In this document: piece by piece, positions 38,301-49,800 of the stretch | Layout of the letters: each line of letters begins with the position of its first letter | How positions within the stretch are numbered: the first letter of the stretch is position 1 | NCBI RefSeq assembly: GCF_036365525.1 | Contig: NC_090372.1 | Location: 204,762,298-204,826,297 of the forward strand | Length of the DNA stretch: 64,000 bases | From: Heterodontus francisci | Taxonomy: Eukaryota | Direction: 5' to 3' | Translations under genes and position numbers: made by a program | Notes under the pieces: model-generated | Told to the model about the DNA's origin: nothing | What the model saw: only the letters and a program-made list of their open reading frames with translations | The model's database searches: none

Positions 38301-39334
38301 AGTGACTATCTTATATTTGTTACCCCTACAAAGTATAGAAGTCGCATCAATAAAACCAAAAGAGAGAAGTGAGGTAATAATGGAAGTAGGTAGATTGGAG
38401 ATTAACTGTAAGAAAAGGATCATCTATTGGACAATAAGCTTCTTCTTACGTTCGAGCTAAGAGTGTTAGAAACATGCATAGATAACTAAAAACTGAGAGT
38501 CCTAAAATAAGTCCTATGGTGTGTTGGGAGGAAGATGAGAAATATAGAGGCTTACTTCATTCAAAGTGTTTAAAATTATACCATTTTCCTTGCCTAAATT
38601 TGCTATCCTTGTATTAATGAGCTTGTTTCTGTAGTCAGGTACAGGAAATTCTCTCTGACCTGGCAGTGTTTGTAAAATTGTCAGCTGAATCTAGTTTAGT
38701 TGAAATGGCTGATCAGTCAGTAGCACAACCCTGAAATGTTCACTCCTTCTTGGGCGAAATTCTAGTGCAGTGCAAGTGGAAGAAATGTAATTCGGGCCAG
38801 AAGCTGAAATTCACTCAGACTTCACCACGAGAGTGCCAGGTGCTTCTTCTGTCTGCCCATTAGATCCTGACTGAAGTTTAGGGGCAAGTCTTGGGGAGGG
38901 GGAGGGGGTGGGGGTGGGGGAGGGGGTGGGCCCCTGTGCCACTGCAGCAATCCCATCAGATTTTCAGAATTAGACACAGGGGCTATTCTGGGCTGCATGT
39001 GGGCCAGAAAACATCAAGTATTTTGCTTTTATATCAATTTCAAATGGCACTCACTCCTGGGAAGAAATGCAATTCCAGTAAGGGAAAGGTCGAATGTTAC
39101 TCCAGATATGAAGCCCAACAAGCTTTGGAAGCTGCTGAAGTAAACCATGTGAAAAATGTCATGTTTGAAGGTGGAAATGCAAGGCATGGAGAGAACATAA
39201 GCATTTCTCAGCTGAGTGTCCATAAATTAGAAATCGAAGCAAAAGTGAACATTATCTAAATATTGTAGATTAAGCTAATTCTTATTTAGATGAAGTTACA
39301 CTCTCTCACTTGACGTTGTTGATCCTGTAGGAGA

Positions 39335-39710
39335 TTGGATTGAATAGCCTGGGGCTCCTTTCTCGAGAAAAGAGAAGGTTGAAAGGTGGCCTAATAGAAG
39401 TCTTTAAGATTATGGAGTGTGTTAGTGTAGACGTACAGAAGGTATTTCCACTTGTGAGCGAAACCAAAACTAGGGGCCATCAATACAATAGACTCTAATA
39501 AATCCAATGGGAAATTCAGGAGTAAGTTTGTTATGCACAGAGTGGTTAGAATATGGAACTCACTACCAAATAGAGAGTTGAGGCGAATAGCATAGATGAA
39601 TTACAGGGGAAGCTAGACAAATACAGGAGGGAGAAAAGAATGGAGTTAGATGAAGGAGGAGGAACATAAGCACCAAATGACCTGTTCCTTTGATGTATAT
39701 TTTATGTAAT
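39335..39710 (+). mobile_element. Old CR1 3' remnant
   Basis: Degenerate LG..SLEKRRL.G.LIEVFKI...TRGH...W.SLP coding. Confidence 0.65.
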
Positions 39711-39759
39711 TCTGTGCAAGACCCATCATACTAACACATATTATAATATGCTCATGAAA

Positions 39760-40470
39760 AAAAGGCAAATCAGCTTGAAGCCAGGTGGTGGTGTTACTGT
39801 CAATGTTTTGTATGAGAATACATAACTAAAAGTGTCTGAAATTCCAAATAGTGAAGCACTTGGGGATTCTTGATTCTTCCATGCTCATGTTGAACAGAAA
39901 AGAAATGCAGTTATTGTGGAAGTGACGAGTCATTGTTACAATACCCCAAACAAGAAGAAATGAGGCTTTGAGTTTCAAGTAGAGTTCATAGATGTCAACC
40001 TGTTCTAGGTGCTGGAGTCATTCAATGTGTATAACAGGTGGTAGTGAATTATAAGAACATTGTGATAATGGCGTTGCATTCACATTCATAAAACAATCTA
40101 GATGCCTTCAAAAGAGAGGTGAAGTTAGAAAGTGTTCATCACCTTTAAATTGATTGCAAGGTCTCACATTCACAGTCACCAGCCAAGAAACTACTTCTAG
40201 CTATAATAGAAGTGCTATCAATAATAGGAGAGTTCTTGTTGCAGTGAATGTAATGACTAGTTGGGTTTCTTCAATGGCGGTGGTAATGAAAAGGGAATGG
40301 AAAAGTACAGAGAGTGTCAAAGTGTCCAAAGCCACACAACAAAACCATCAAATGTATTTACTACTCAATTCAAACCACAATCTCTGCCTGAACTAGGGAA
40401 TGCAAAGCTATTCATGGCTGCAGATGCAAAGAACCGGATTTGGCAAGTTGTGTTAGATAGAGATGATAAA
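39760..40470 (+). mobile_element. Highly decayed Gypsy-type protease/RT remnant
   Basis: TSWVSSMAVVMK and LPELGNAKLF...DAKNRIWQVVLD resemble the Gypsy RT N-terminal motifs (WVSP.VVV.K; L..AK.F..LDA..GFWQV.LD). Confidence 0.65.
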
Positions 40471-40524
40471 GATAAATATATATTTTATATATATAAATGA
40501 ATACATAAAGATAAAAATGATCAC

Positions 40525-40990
40525 TTTAGGAAGATAGCGAAGGCTTTAGAGAGGGTGCAGAAAAGATTGATGAGAATGTTTTCAACGATAAGGGATTTCA
40601 GTTACCTGGATAGACTGGAGAAGCTGGGGCTGTTCTCCTCAAAGATAAGATTAAGAGGAGATTTGATGGAGGTTTTCAAAATCATGACAGAATAGATAGC
40701 GAGAAACTGTTCCCTTTGGCAGAGGGGTCAAGAACCAGAGGGCACTGATTTAAAGTGATCGGCAAAAGAATCAAAATCGACATGAGGAAAAAAGTATTTA
40801 TTTACTTAGCGAGCAGTTAGGATCTGGAATGCATTGCCTGAGAGTGCAGTGGAGTTAGAATCAATTGTGGCTTTCAGAAGGAAATTGGATAAACACCTGA
40901 AGGTGAAAAATTTGCAAGACCACCGGGAAAGGGTAGGGGAGTGGGACTAGCTAAACAGCTTTTTTAGAGAGCCAGCACAGACTCCTCTGT
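40525..40990 (+). mobile_element. CR1 3' remnant
   Basis: RK..KALERVQKR...LEKLGLFS...GDL.EVFKI...TRGH coding and 3' UTR. Confidence 0.75.
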
Positions 40991-41014
40991 TTAAACCTTT
41001 GGGTTAACCTTTAG

Positions 41015-43752
41015 CCCAATACCGAACATTTGTTCCTGCTGGGGGACTTTAACGCCAGGGTTGGGGTCAACCATGACTCATGGTCCTCCTGCTTTGGGCG
41101 CTATGGCATTGGAAGGATGAATGAAAATGGACAGAGACTGCTTGAGTTGTGTACCAATCACAACCTCTGCATATCCAACTCGCTCTTTCATACTAAACCC
41201 TGTCACCAGATTTCATGGAGGCACCCAAGATCACGTTGTTGGCACCAGCTGGACCTCATCGTCACAAGGCGAGCCTCTTTAAACAGCGTTCAAATCACAT
41301 GCAGCTTCCACAGTGCGGACTGCGACACCGACCACTCCCTGGTGTGCAGCAAGGTTAGACTCAAACCAAAGAAGCTGCATCACTCCAAGCAGAAGGGCCG
41401 ACCGTGCATCAACACTGGCAGAATTTCTTATCCACAGCTGTTACATAAATTTTTTAATTCACTTGAAAAAGCCCTTCAAAACACTCCTACAGGGGATGCA
41501 GAGACGAAGTGGGCCCACATCAGATACGCCATCTATGAGTCAGCTATGACCACCTATGGCAAACGTGTGAAGCAGAATGCTGACTGGTTTCAATCTCACT
41601 TTGAAGAGCTGGAACCTGTCATAGCCGCTAAGCGATTGCACTGTTGAACTACAGAAAGCCCCCAGGGAGTTAACATCCGTAGCACTTAAAGTAGCCAGAA
41701 GCGCTGCACAAAGAACAGCCAGGCGCTGCGCAAATGACTACTAGCAACACCTATGTAGTCGTATTCAGTTGGCCTCCGACACCGTAAACATCAGAGGAAT
41801 GTATGATGGCATTAAGAGAGCTTTTGGGCAAACCATCAAGAAGATCGCCCCCCTCAAGTCTAAATCAGGGGACACGATCACTGACCAATGCAAGCAAATG
41901 GACCGCTGGGTGGAGCACTACCTAGAACTGTACTCCAGGGAAAATGTTGTCACTGAGACCGCCCTCAATGCAGCCCAGTCTCTGCCAGTCATGGATGAGC
42001 TGGATGAACAGCCAACAAAATTGGAACTCAGTGATGCCATTGATTCTCTAGCCAGTGGAAAAGCTCATGGGAAGGACGGCATTACCCCTGAAATAATCAT
42101 GAGTTCCAAGCCTGCTATACTTTCAGCACTCCATGAACTGCTTTGCCTGTGCTGGGATGAGGGAGCAGTACCACAGGACATGCGCGATGCCAATATCATC
42201 ACCCTCTATAAGAACAAGGGTGACTGCGGTGACTGCAACAATTACCATGGAATCTTCCTTCTCAGCATAGTGGGAAAAGTCTTCGCTCGAGTCCTTTTAA
42301 ACAGGCTCCAGAAGCTGGCTGAGCGTGTCTACCCTGAGGCACAGTGTGGCTTTCGAGCAGAGAGATCCACCATTGACATGCTGTTCTCCCTTCGCCAGCT
42401 ACAGGAGAAATGCTGCTAACAACAGATGCCCGTCTACATTGCTTTCATTGGTCTCACCAAAGCCTTTGCTACTAAGTCCACCAAAGCTACTAAGTATCAT
42501 CACCTCATTCCACAACAATATCAAAGGCACAATTCAGCATAGCGACACCTCATCAGACCCCTTTCCTATCCTGAGTGGTGTGAAACAGGGCTGTGTTCTC
42601 GCACCTACACTGTTTGGAATCTTCTTCTCCCTGCTGCTTTCACATGCGTTCAAGTCTTCAGAAGACGGAATTTTCCTCCACACAAGATCAGATGGCAGGT
42701 TGTTCAACCTTGCCCGTCTAAGAGCGAAGACCACAGTCGGAGGGTCCTCATCAGGGAACTCCTCTTTGCTGACGATGCTGCATTAACATCCCACACAGAA
42801 GAGTGTCTGCAGAGACTCATTGACAGGATTGCAGCTGCCTGCAACGAATTTGGCCTAACCATCAGCCTCAAGAAAATGAACATCATGGGACAGGACTCAG
42901 AAATGCTCCATCCATCAATATTGGTGACCACGCTCTGGAAGTGGTTGAGGAGTTCACATACCTAAGCTCAACTATCACCAGTAACCTGTCTCTCGATGCA
43001 GATATCAACAAGTGCATGGGAAAGGCGTCTGCTGCTATGTCCAGACTGGCCAAGAGAGTGTGAGAAAATGGCACACTGACACGGAACACAAAAGTCCGAG
43101 TGTATCAAGCCTGTGTCCTCAGTACCTTGCTCTATGACAGTGAAGCCTGGACAATGTATGTCAGACAAGAGCAACGTCTCAATTCATTCCATCTTCGCTG
43201 CCTCTGGAGAATCCTTGGCATCAGGTGGCAGGACCGTATCTCCAACACAGAAGTCCTCGAGGCTGCCAACATCCCCAGCATATATACCCTACTGAGTCAG
43301 CAGTGCTTGAGATGGCTTGGCCATGTGAGCCGCATGGAAGATGGCAGGATCCCCAAGGACACATTGTACAGCGAGCGCGTCACTGGTATCATACCCACCC
43401 GCCGTCCATGTCTCCGCTTTAAAGACGTCTGCAAACGCGACATGAAGTCCTGTGACATTGATCACAAGTCGTGGGAGTCAGTTGCCAGTGATCGCCAGAG
43501 CTGGCAGACAGCCATTAAGGCGGGGCTAAAGAGGGGCGAGTCGAAGAGACTTAGCTGTTGGCAGGAAAAAAGACAGAAGCGCAAGGGGAGAGCCAACTGT
43601 GTAACAGTCCCGACAACCAATTTTATCTGCAGTGACTGTGGAAGAGTCTGTCACTCTAGAATTGGCCTTTATAGCCACTCCAGGCACTGCTTCACAAACC
43701 ACTGACTACCTCCAGGCGCTTACCTCTCGAAACAAGGAGGCCAAAGAAGAAG
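41015..43752 (+). mobile_element. Longer, decayed RTE LINE (APE C-half plus RT)
   Basis: LLGDFNARVG, W.HPRS..WHQLD, TDH, LYKNKGD..DCNNY.GI and QCGFR motifs, then the RT C-terminus. Several frameshifts. (GAA)n tail. Confidence 0.93.
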
Positions 43753-43981
43753 ATGATTCTATAAGAATTGAGCCGGTTGACATTTTCAGCAGTTCTTAAT
43801 ACCTGCCTGCACCTAGTAGGGGACAGATCCTTGCACTAGCACAGCACTACCTTCTGGATTGCTGCTGTAAACTGAATCTTTATTATCGACACCCTCTAGT
43901 GCTACACTGCACATGCTACACCAAGGATGTACAGTGGCCTCAAATGAACAATACACTATATATCAAATGAGCAATAAATAA

Positions 43982-44588
43982 GAGCATAAGAAATAGGTGC
44001 AGTGTAGACCACACGGCCAATTGAGTCTGCTCCGCCATTCAATACGATCATGGCTGATCTTCCTCCTCAATTTTTCCGCTCACTCCCGATATCCCTTGAT
44101 TCCAAAAATCTGTCTATCCCAGCCTTAAATATATTCAATGATGGAGCATCCACAACCCTCTGGGGTAGAGAATTCCAAAGATTCATAACCCTCTGAGTGA
44201 AGAAATGTCTCCTCATCTCAGTCTTATATAATCAGCCCCTTATCCTGAGACTGTACCCCTGTGTTGTAGATTCTTCAGCCAGGGGAAACAATCTTTCAGT
44301 GTCTACCCTGTCAAGCCCCTTCAGAATCTTGTATGTTTCAATTACATCACTCTCATACTTCTAAACGCCAGAGAATATAGACCCAATTTATTCAGCCTTT
44401 CATCAAAGGACAAGCCTCTCATCCCAGGGGCCAATCTTGTGAACCTTCACTGTACTGCTTCCAATGCAAATATATCCTTCTTCAAATATGGAAACCATAG
44501 CTGCACTCAGTATTCCAGGTGTGATCTCACCAAAGCTCTATACAATTGTAGCAAGACTTCCTTATTCTTGTGCTCCAATCACCTTGCT
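43982..44588 (-). mobile_element. CR1 3' remnant
   Basis: cataagaaatagg.gcag...ctccgccattcaat..gatcatggctgatc tail and RT C-terminus. Confidence 0.8.
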
Positions 44589-45254
44589 GTGTGTTTCTTC
44601 CCGAGATTTACAATGTGAGATCTTACAATGGCGATGAGGATGGGAACTGTATTTACTTTATAGCCAGGTATAATATGCTGTGCTTTCAGTGGTGAACTCC
44701 AGGTAATGCAGATTGTCAAATATGGACAGTGTTAGGGTTTGTGTACAGCAGGCCTTGTATCTTTGTGCAGCTAATGCAGGACAGCAATTTTGTCGCATAC
44801 ACCAGTGCAAGTGTAGTTTGGTCTACTTAAACCTTAGAGAAGAATTTATTGCAGGATTGTAGCAGCCACGAAATGTGCATTTGTTTCTTTCAGAGATTTA
44901 CAATAGCAGATTTACAATATGAGATCTTACAGAGGACAATCTAAATCTTCGAAAAGCATAGTCTATAAATGTCTTGTCTATAAAAGAAACAAGGAGATGT
45001 TTCTTACTGTTATACTAGATGAAGATTATCCACCTTTATGAGTGGAAAGGTTGACAAGGAGGAGGTCACGTCAATTGATGTATGTTCAGAAACAGTAAAA
45101 GAGATATGACGGCCCAGTGGGCTGCAATATTTACCCCTGTCTGAGGATGAAATAACCAAGGACAAACAAGCTACTGGAATAGATGATCTGAATTTGTTGA
45201 GAATGGAAATAAGCAGAGGAAGGTCTGACACAAGAGAAGTGCCACCCAGATTTC

Positions 45255-45995
45255 TGTGCATTTCAACAGCACCTTCCAGACTCATGACCTCCACCACCTC
45301 TAGGGACAAGGGCAGCAGGTGCATAGGGACATTATTACTTAAAGAGAAACTCTTTCCAATGGCTGGAGATACGACAACTAAAGAGCACAGGTTTAAGGTG
45401 ATTGGCAAAAGAACCAGAGGCAACATGAGGAAGAACATTTTTACACAATGAGTGGTTAGCACTACCTGAAGGGTGGTGGATACAGATTCAATAGTAGCCT
45501 TCAAAAGGGAATTGGATAAATACTTGAAGGAGAAAAAAAATTGCAGGAATATGGGAAAAGAGCTGGGGAGTGGGACTAACAGGATTGTTCTTTGAAAGAG
45601 CCAGCATAAACTCAATGGGCTGAATGGCCTTCTCCTGTGCTGTATTATTCTATGATTCTATAATTCTAAGTTCCCCTCCATGTCAAATGCCTTCTTGACC
45701 TCATCGTCGCTGGGTCAAAATCCTGGAAATCCCTGCCGAATAGAACCTATGGACTGCAGTGGTTCAAGAAGGCGGTTCACCGCCACCTTCTAAAGGGCAG
45801 TGAGGGATGGGCCATAAATTCTGGGCCTTGCAAACAACGCCAACTTCCAGATAATGAATTGAAAAACATTAGAGATGAATTCAGTGTACAGGATGGATGG
45901 ATGGTCAAGGAGATGCCTTTCTCAAGGGCATTTCGGGATAGCCAATAAATGGTGGGCTTGCCAGCGACGCCCACATCCCATGAATGAATAAGAAA
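45255..45995 (+). mobile_element. LINE tail fragments with a nested CR1 3' end (45340-45665)
   Basis: cagcaccttcca...gggcagcag.tgcat|CR1|aagttccc...gctgggtcaaaatcctgg, plus a second tail at 45915-45995. Confidence 0.7.
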
Positions 45996-46254
45996 AAGAT
46001 GAAGTAGTTATTATCACTCAGTATGAAAAAAGAGATGAAGCTCAGAGCTCACATCGAAAACTAGGTTTTCTTCCGCAGCTGGAGAAGTGATTTACTGGCT
46101 CTCTGACGAGGAAGGACACAGACACATACTTATTAAAGGGTGATACGTGCTAACAAACTCCAGCTAAAATGCAAAGTCAACTGCTTATTAGCCACCAAAT
46201 ACCAGAGAAAAAATAGGATGTGACTTTGACTCAGATGGAAGAAACTCTCTTCTA

Positions 46255-46846
46255 TAAGAACATAAGAACATTAGAAACGAGATCAGGAATAGGCCATATG
46301 ACCCTTCGAGCCTGCTCTGCCATTCAATAAGATGATGGATGATCTGATCTTGGCCTCAACTCCACTTTCCTGCCTCTTCCCCATAACCCTTGAGTCCCCT
46401 ACAGTTCAAATATCTGCCTTGAATGTATTCAATGACACAGCCTCCACTGCTCTCTAGGGTACAGAATTTCAAACATTCACGACTCTCTGAGAAAAGAAAT
46501 TCCTCCTTATCTCCATCTTACATTGGCGGCCCCTTATTCTGAAACTATGCCCCCTAGTTCCAGATTCTCCCATGAGGGGAAACGTCCTCTCAGCATCTAC
46601 TGTCAAGCCCCCTCAGAATCTTGTATGTTTCATTAAGATCACCTCTCATTCTTCTAAACTCCAATGAGTACAGGCCCGACCTGCTCAACCTTTCATCATT
46701 AGACAACCACTTCATCCCAGGAATCAATGTAGTGAACCTTCTCTGAACTACCTCCTAAAATAAGGAGAACACTGTACACAGTACTCTAGGTGTGGTCTCA
46801 CCTATGCCCTGTACTGTTATAGGAAGATTTTTACACTCCATCCCCC
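46255..46846 (-). mobile_element. CR1 3' remnant abutting the minisatellite
   Basis: (cataagaa) tail, the 3' UTR stem motif and RT C-terminus. Confidence 0.8.
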
Positions 46847-49800
46847 TTAATGTCGGTGATCCTGATGTCGGTGATCCTGATGTCGGTAATGCTGGTGTCG
46901 GTGATTCTAATGTCGGTGATTCTGATGTCAGTGAACCTGATGTCAGTGATTCTGATGTCAGTGATCTTGGTGTCAGGGAACCTGATGTCGGTGATCCTGG
47001 TGTCACTGATCTTGATGTCAGTGATCATGATGTTAGAGATCCTGATGTCAGTGATTCTGATGTCAGTGATCTTGATGTCAGTGATCTTGATATCAGTGAT
47101 CTTGAAGTCGGTGATCCTAATGTCAGTGATCTTGATGTCAGTATCTTAATGTCAGTGATCTGGTGTCGGAGATCTTAATGTCAGTGATCCTGATGTCAGT
47201 GATCCTGGCGTCAGTGGTCTTAATGTCAGTGATCTTGAGGTCAGTGATCCTGGCGTCAGTGATCCTGGCGTCAGTGATCTTAATGTCAGTGATCTTGAGG
47301 TCAGTGATCTTGGTGTTGGTGATCTTAATGTCAGTGATCTAGATGTCAGTGATCCTGATGTCAGTGATCTTGATGTCGGTGATCTTGATGTCGGTGATCT
47401 TAATGTCAGTGATCTGGATGTCAGTGATCTTGATGTCGGTGATTCTGATGTCAGTGATCCTGATGTCGGTGATCTTGATGTCAGTGATCCTGATGTCAGT
47501 GTTCTTGTTGTCGGTGATTCTGATGTCAGTGATCTTGATGTCAGTGATCTTGATGTCAGTGATCCTGATGTCAGTGTTCTTGATGTCAGTGATCCTGATG
47601 TCGGTGATCTTGATGTCGGTGATTCTGATGTCGCTGATCTTGTTGTCGGTGATTCTGATGTCGGTGATCTTGATGTCAGTGATCCTGGTGTCAGTGATCC
47701 TGATGTCAGTGATCCTGGTGTCAATGATCTTGATGTCAGTGATCCTGATGTCAGTGATCCTGTTATCGGTGATTCTGATGTCAGATATCCTGATGTAGGT
47801 GATCTTGATGTCGGTGATTCTGATGTTGGTGATCTTGTTGTCGGTGATCCTGATGTCAGTAATCTTGATGTCAGTGATCTTGAATTCAGTGATCCTGATG
47901 TAGGTGATCTTGATGTCGGTGATTCTGATGTCAGTGATCCTGATGTCGGTGATCTTGATGTCGGTGATTCTGATGTCAGTGATCCTGATGTCGGTGATCT
48001 TGATGTCGGTGATCTTGATGTCAGTGATCCTGATGTCAGTGATCCTGTTGTCGGTGATTCTGATGTCAGATATCCTGATGTAGGTGATCCTGTTGTCGGT
48101 GATTCTGATGTCAGATATCCTGATGTAGGTGATCTTGATGTCGGTGATCCTGATGTAGGTGATCTTGATGTCGGTGATTCTGATGTCAGTGATCCTGATG
48201 TCGGTGATCTTGATGTCGGTGATTCTGATGTCAGTGATTCTGATGTCGGTGATCTTGATGTCGGTGATCTTGATGTCGGTGATTCTGATGTCAGTGATCC
48301 TGATGTCGGTGATCTTGATGTCGGTGATCTTGATGTCAGTGATCTTGAATTCAGTGATCCTGATGTAGGTGATCTTGATGTCGGTGATTCTGATGTCAGT
48401 GATCCTGATGTCGGTGATCTTGATGTCGGTGATCTTGATGTCAGTGATCTTGAATTCAGTGATCCTGATGTAGGTGATCTTGATGTCGGTGATTCTGATG
48501 TCAGTGATCCTGATGTCAGTGATCTTGATGTCGGTGATCTTGATGTCGGTGATCTTAATGTCAGTGATCTGGATGTCAGTGATCTTGATGTCGGTGATTC
48601 TGATGTCAGTGATCCTGATGTCGGTGATCTTGATGTCAGTGATCCTGATGTCAGTGTTCTTGTTGTCGGTGATTCTGATGTCAGTGATCTTGATGTCAGT
48701 GATCTTGATGTCAGTGATCCTGATGTCAGTGTTCTTGATGTCAGTGATCCTGATGTCGGTGATCTTGATGTCGGTGATTCTGATGTCGCTGATCTTGTTG
48801 TCGGTGATTCTGATGTCGGTGATCTTGATGTCAGTGATCCTGGTGTCAGTGATCCTGATGTCAGTGATCCTGGTGTCAATGATCTTGATGTCAGTGAGCC
48901 TGATGTCAGTGATCCTGTTATCGGTGATTCTGATGTCAGATATCCTGATGTAGGTGATCTTGATGTCGGTGATTCTGATGTTGGTGATCTTGTTGTCGGT
49001 GATCCTGATGTCAGTAATCTTGATGTCAGTGATCTTGAATTCAGTGATCCTGATGTAGGTGATCTTGATGTCGGTGATTCTGATGTCAGTGATCCTGATG
49101 TCGGTGATCTTGATGTCGGTGATCTTGATGTCAGTGATCCTGATGTCAGTGATCCTGTTGTCGGTGATTCTGATGTCAGATATCCTGATGTAGGTGATCC
49201 TGTTGTCGGTGATTCTGATGTCAGATATCCTGATGTAGGTGATCTTGATGTCGGTGATCCTGATGTAGGTGATCTTGATGTCGGTGATTCTGATGTCAGT
49301 GATCCTGATGTCGGTGATCTTGATGTCGGTGATTCTGATGTCAGTGATCCTGATGTCGGTGATCTTGATGTCGGTGATCTTGATGTCGGTGATTCTGATG
49401 TCAGTGATCCTGATGTCGGTGATCTTGATGTCGGTGATCTTGATGTCAGTGATCTTGAATTCAGTGATCCTGATGTAGGTGATCTTGATGTCGGTGATTC
49501 TGATGTCAGTGATCCTGATGTCGGTGATCTTGATGTCGGTGATTCTGATGTCAGTGATCCTGATGTCGGTGATCTTGATGTCGGTGATCTTAATGTCAGT
49601 GATCTGGATGTCAGTGATCTTGATGTCGGTGATTCTGATGTCAGTGATCCTGATGTCGGTGATCTTGATGTCAGTGATCCTGATGTCAGTGTTCTTGTTG
49701 TCGGTGATTCTGATGTCAGTGATCTTGATGTCAGTGATCCTGATGTCAGTGTTCTTGATGTCAGTGATCCTGATGTCGGTGATCTTGATGTCAGTGATCT

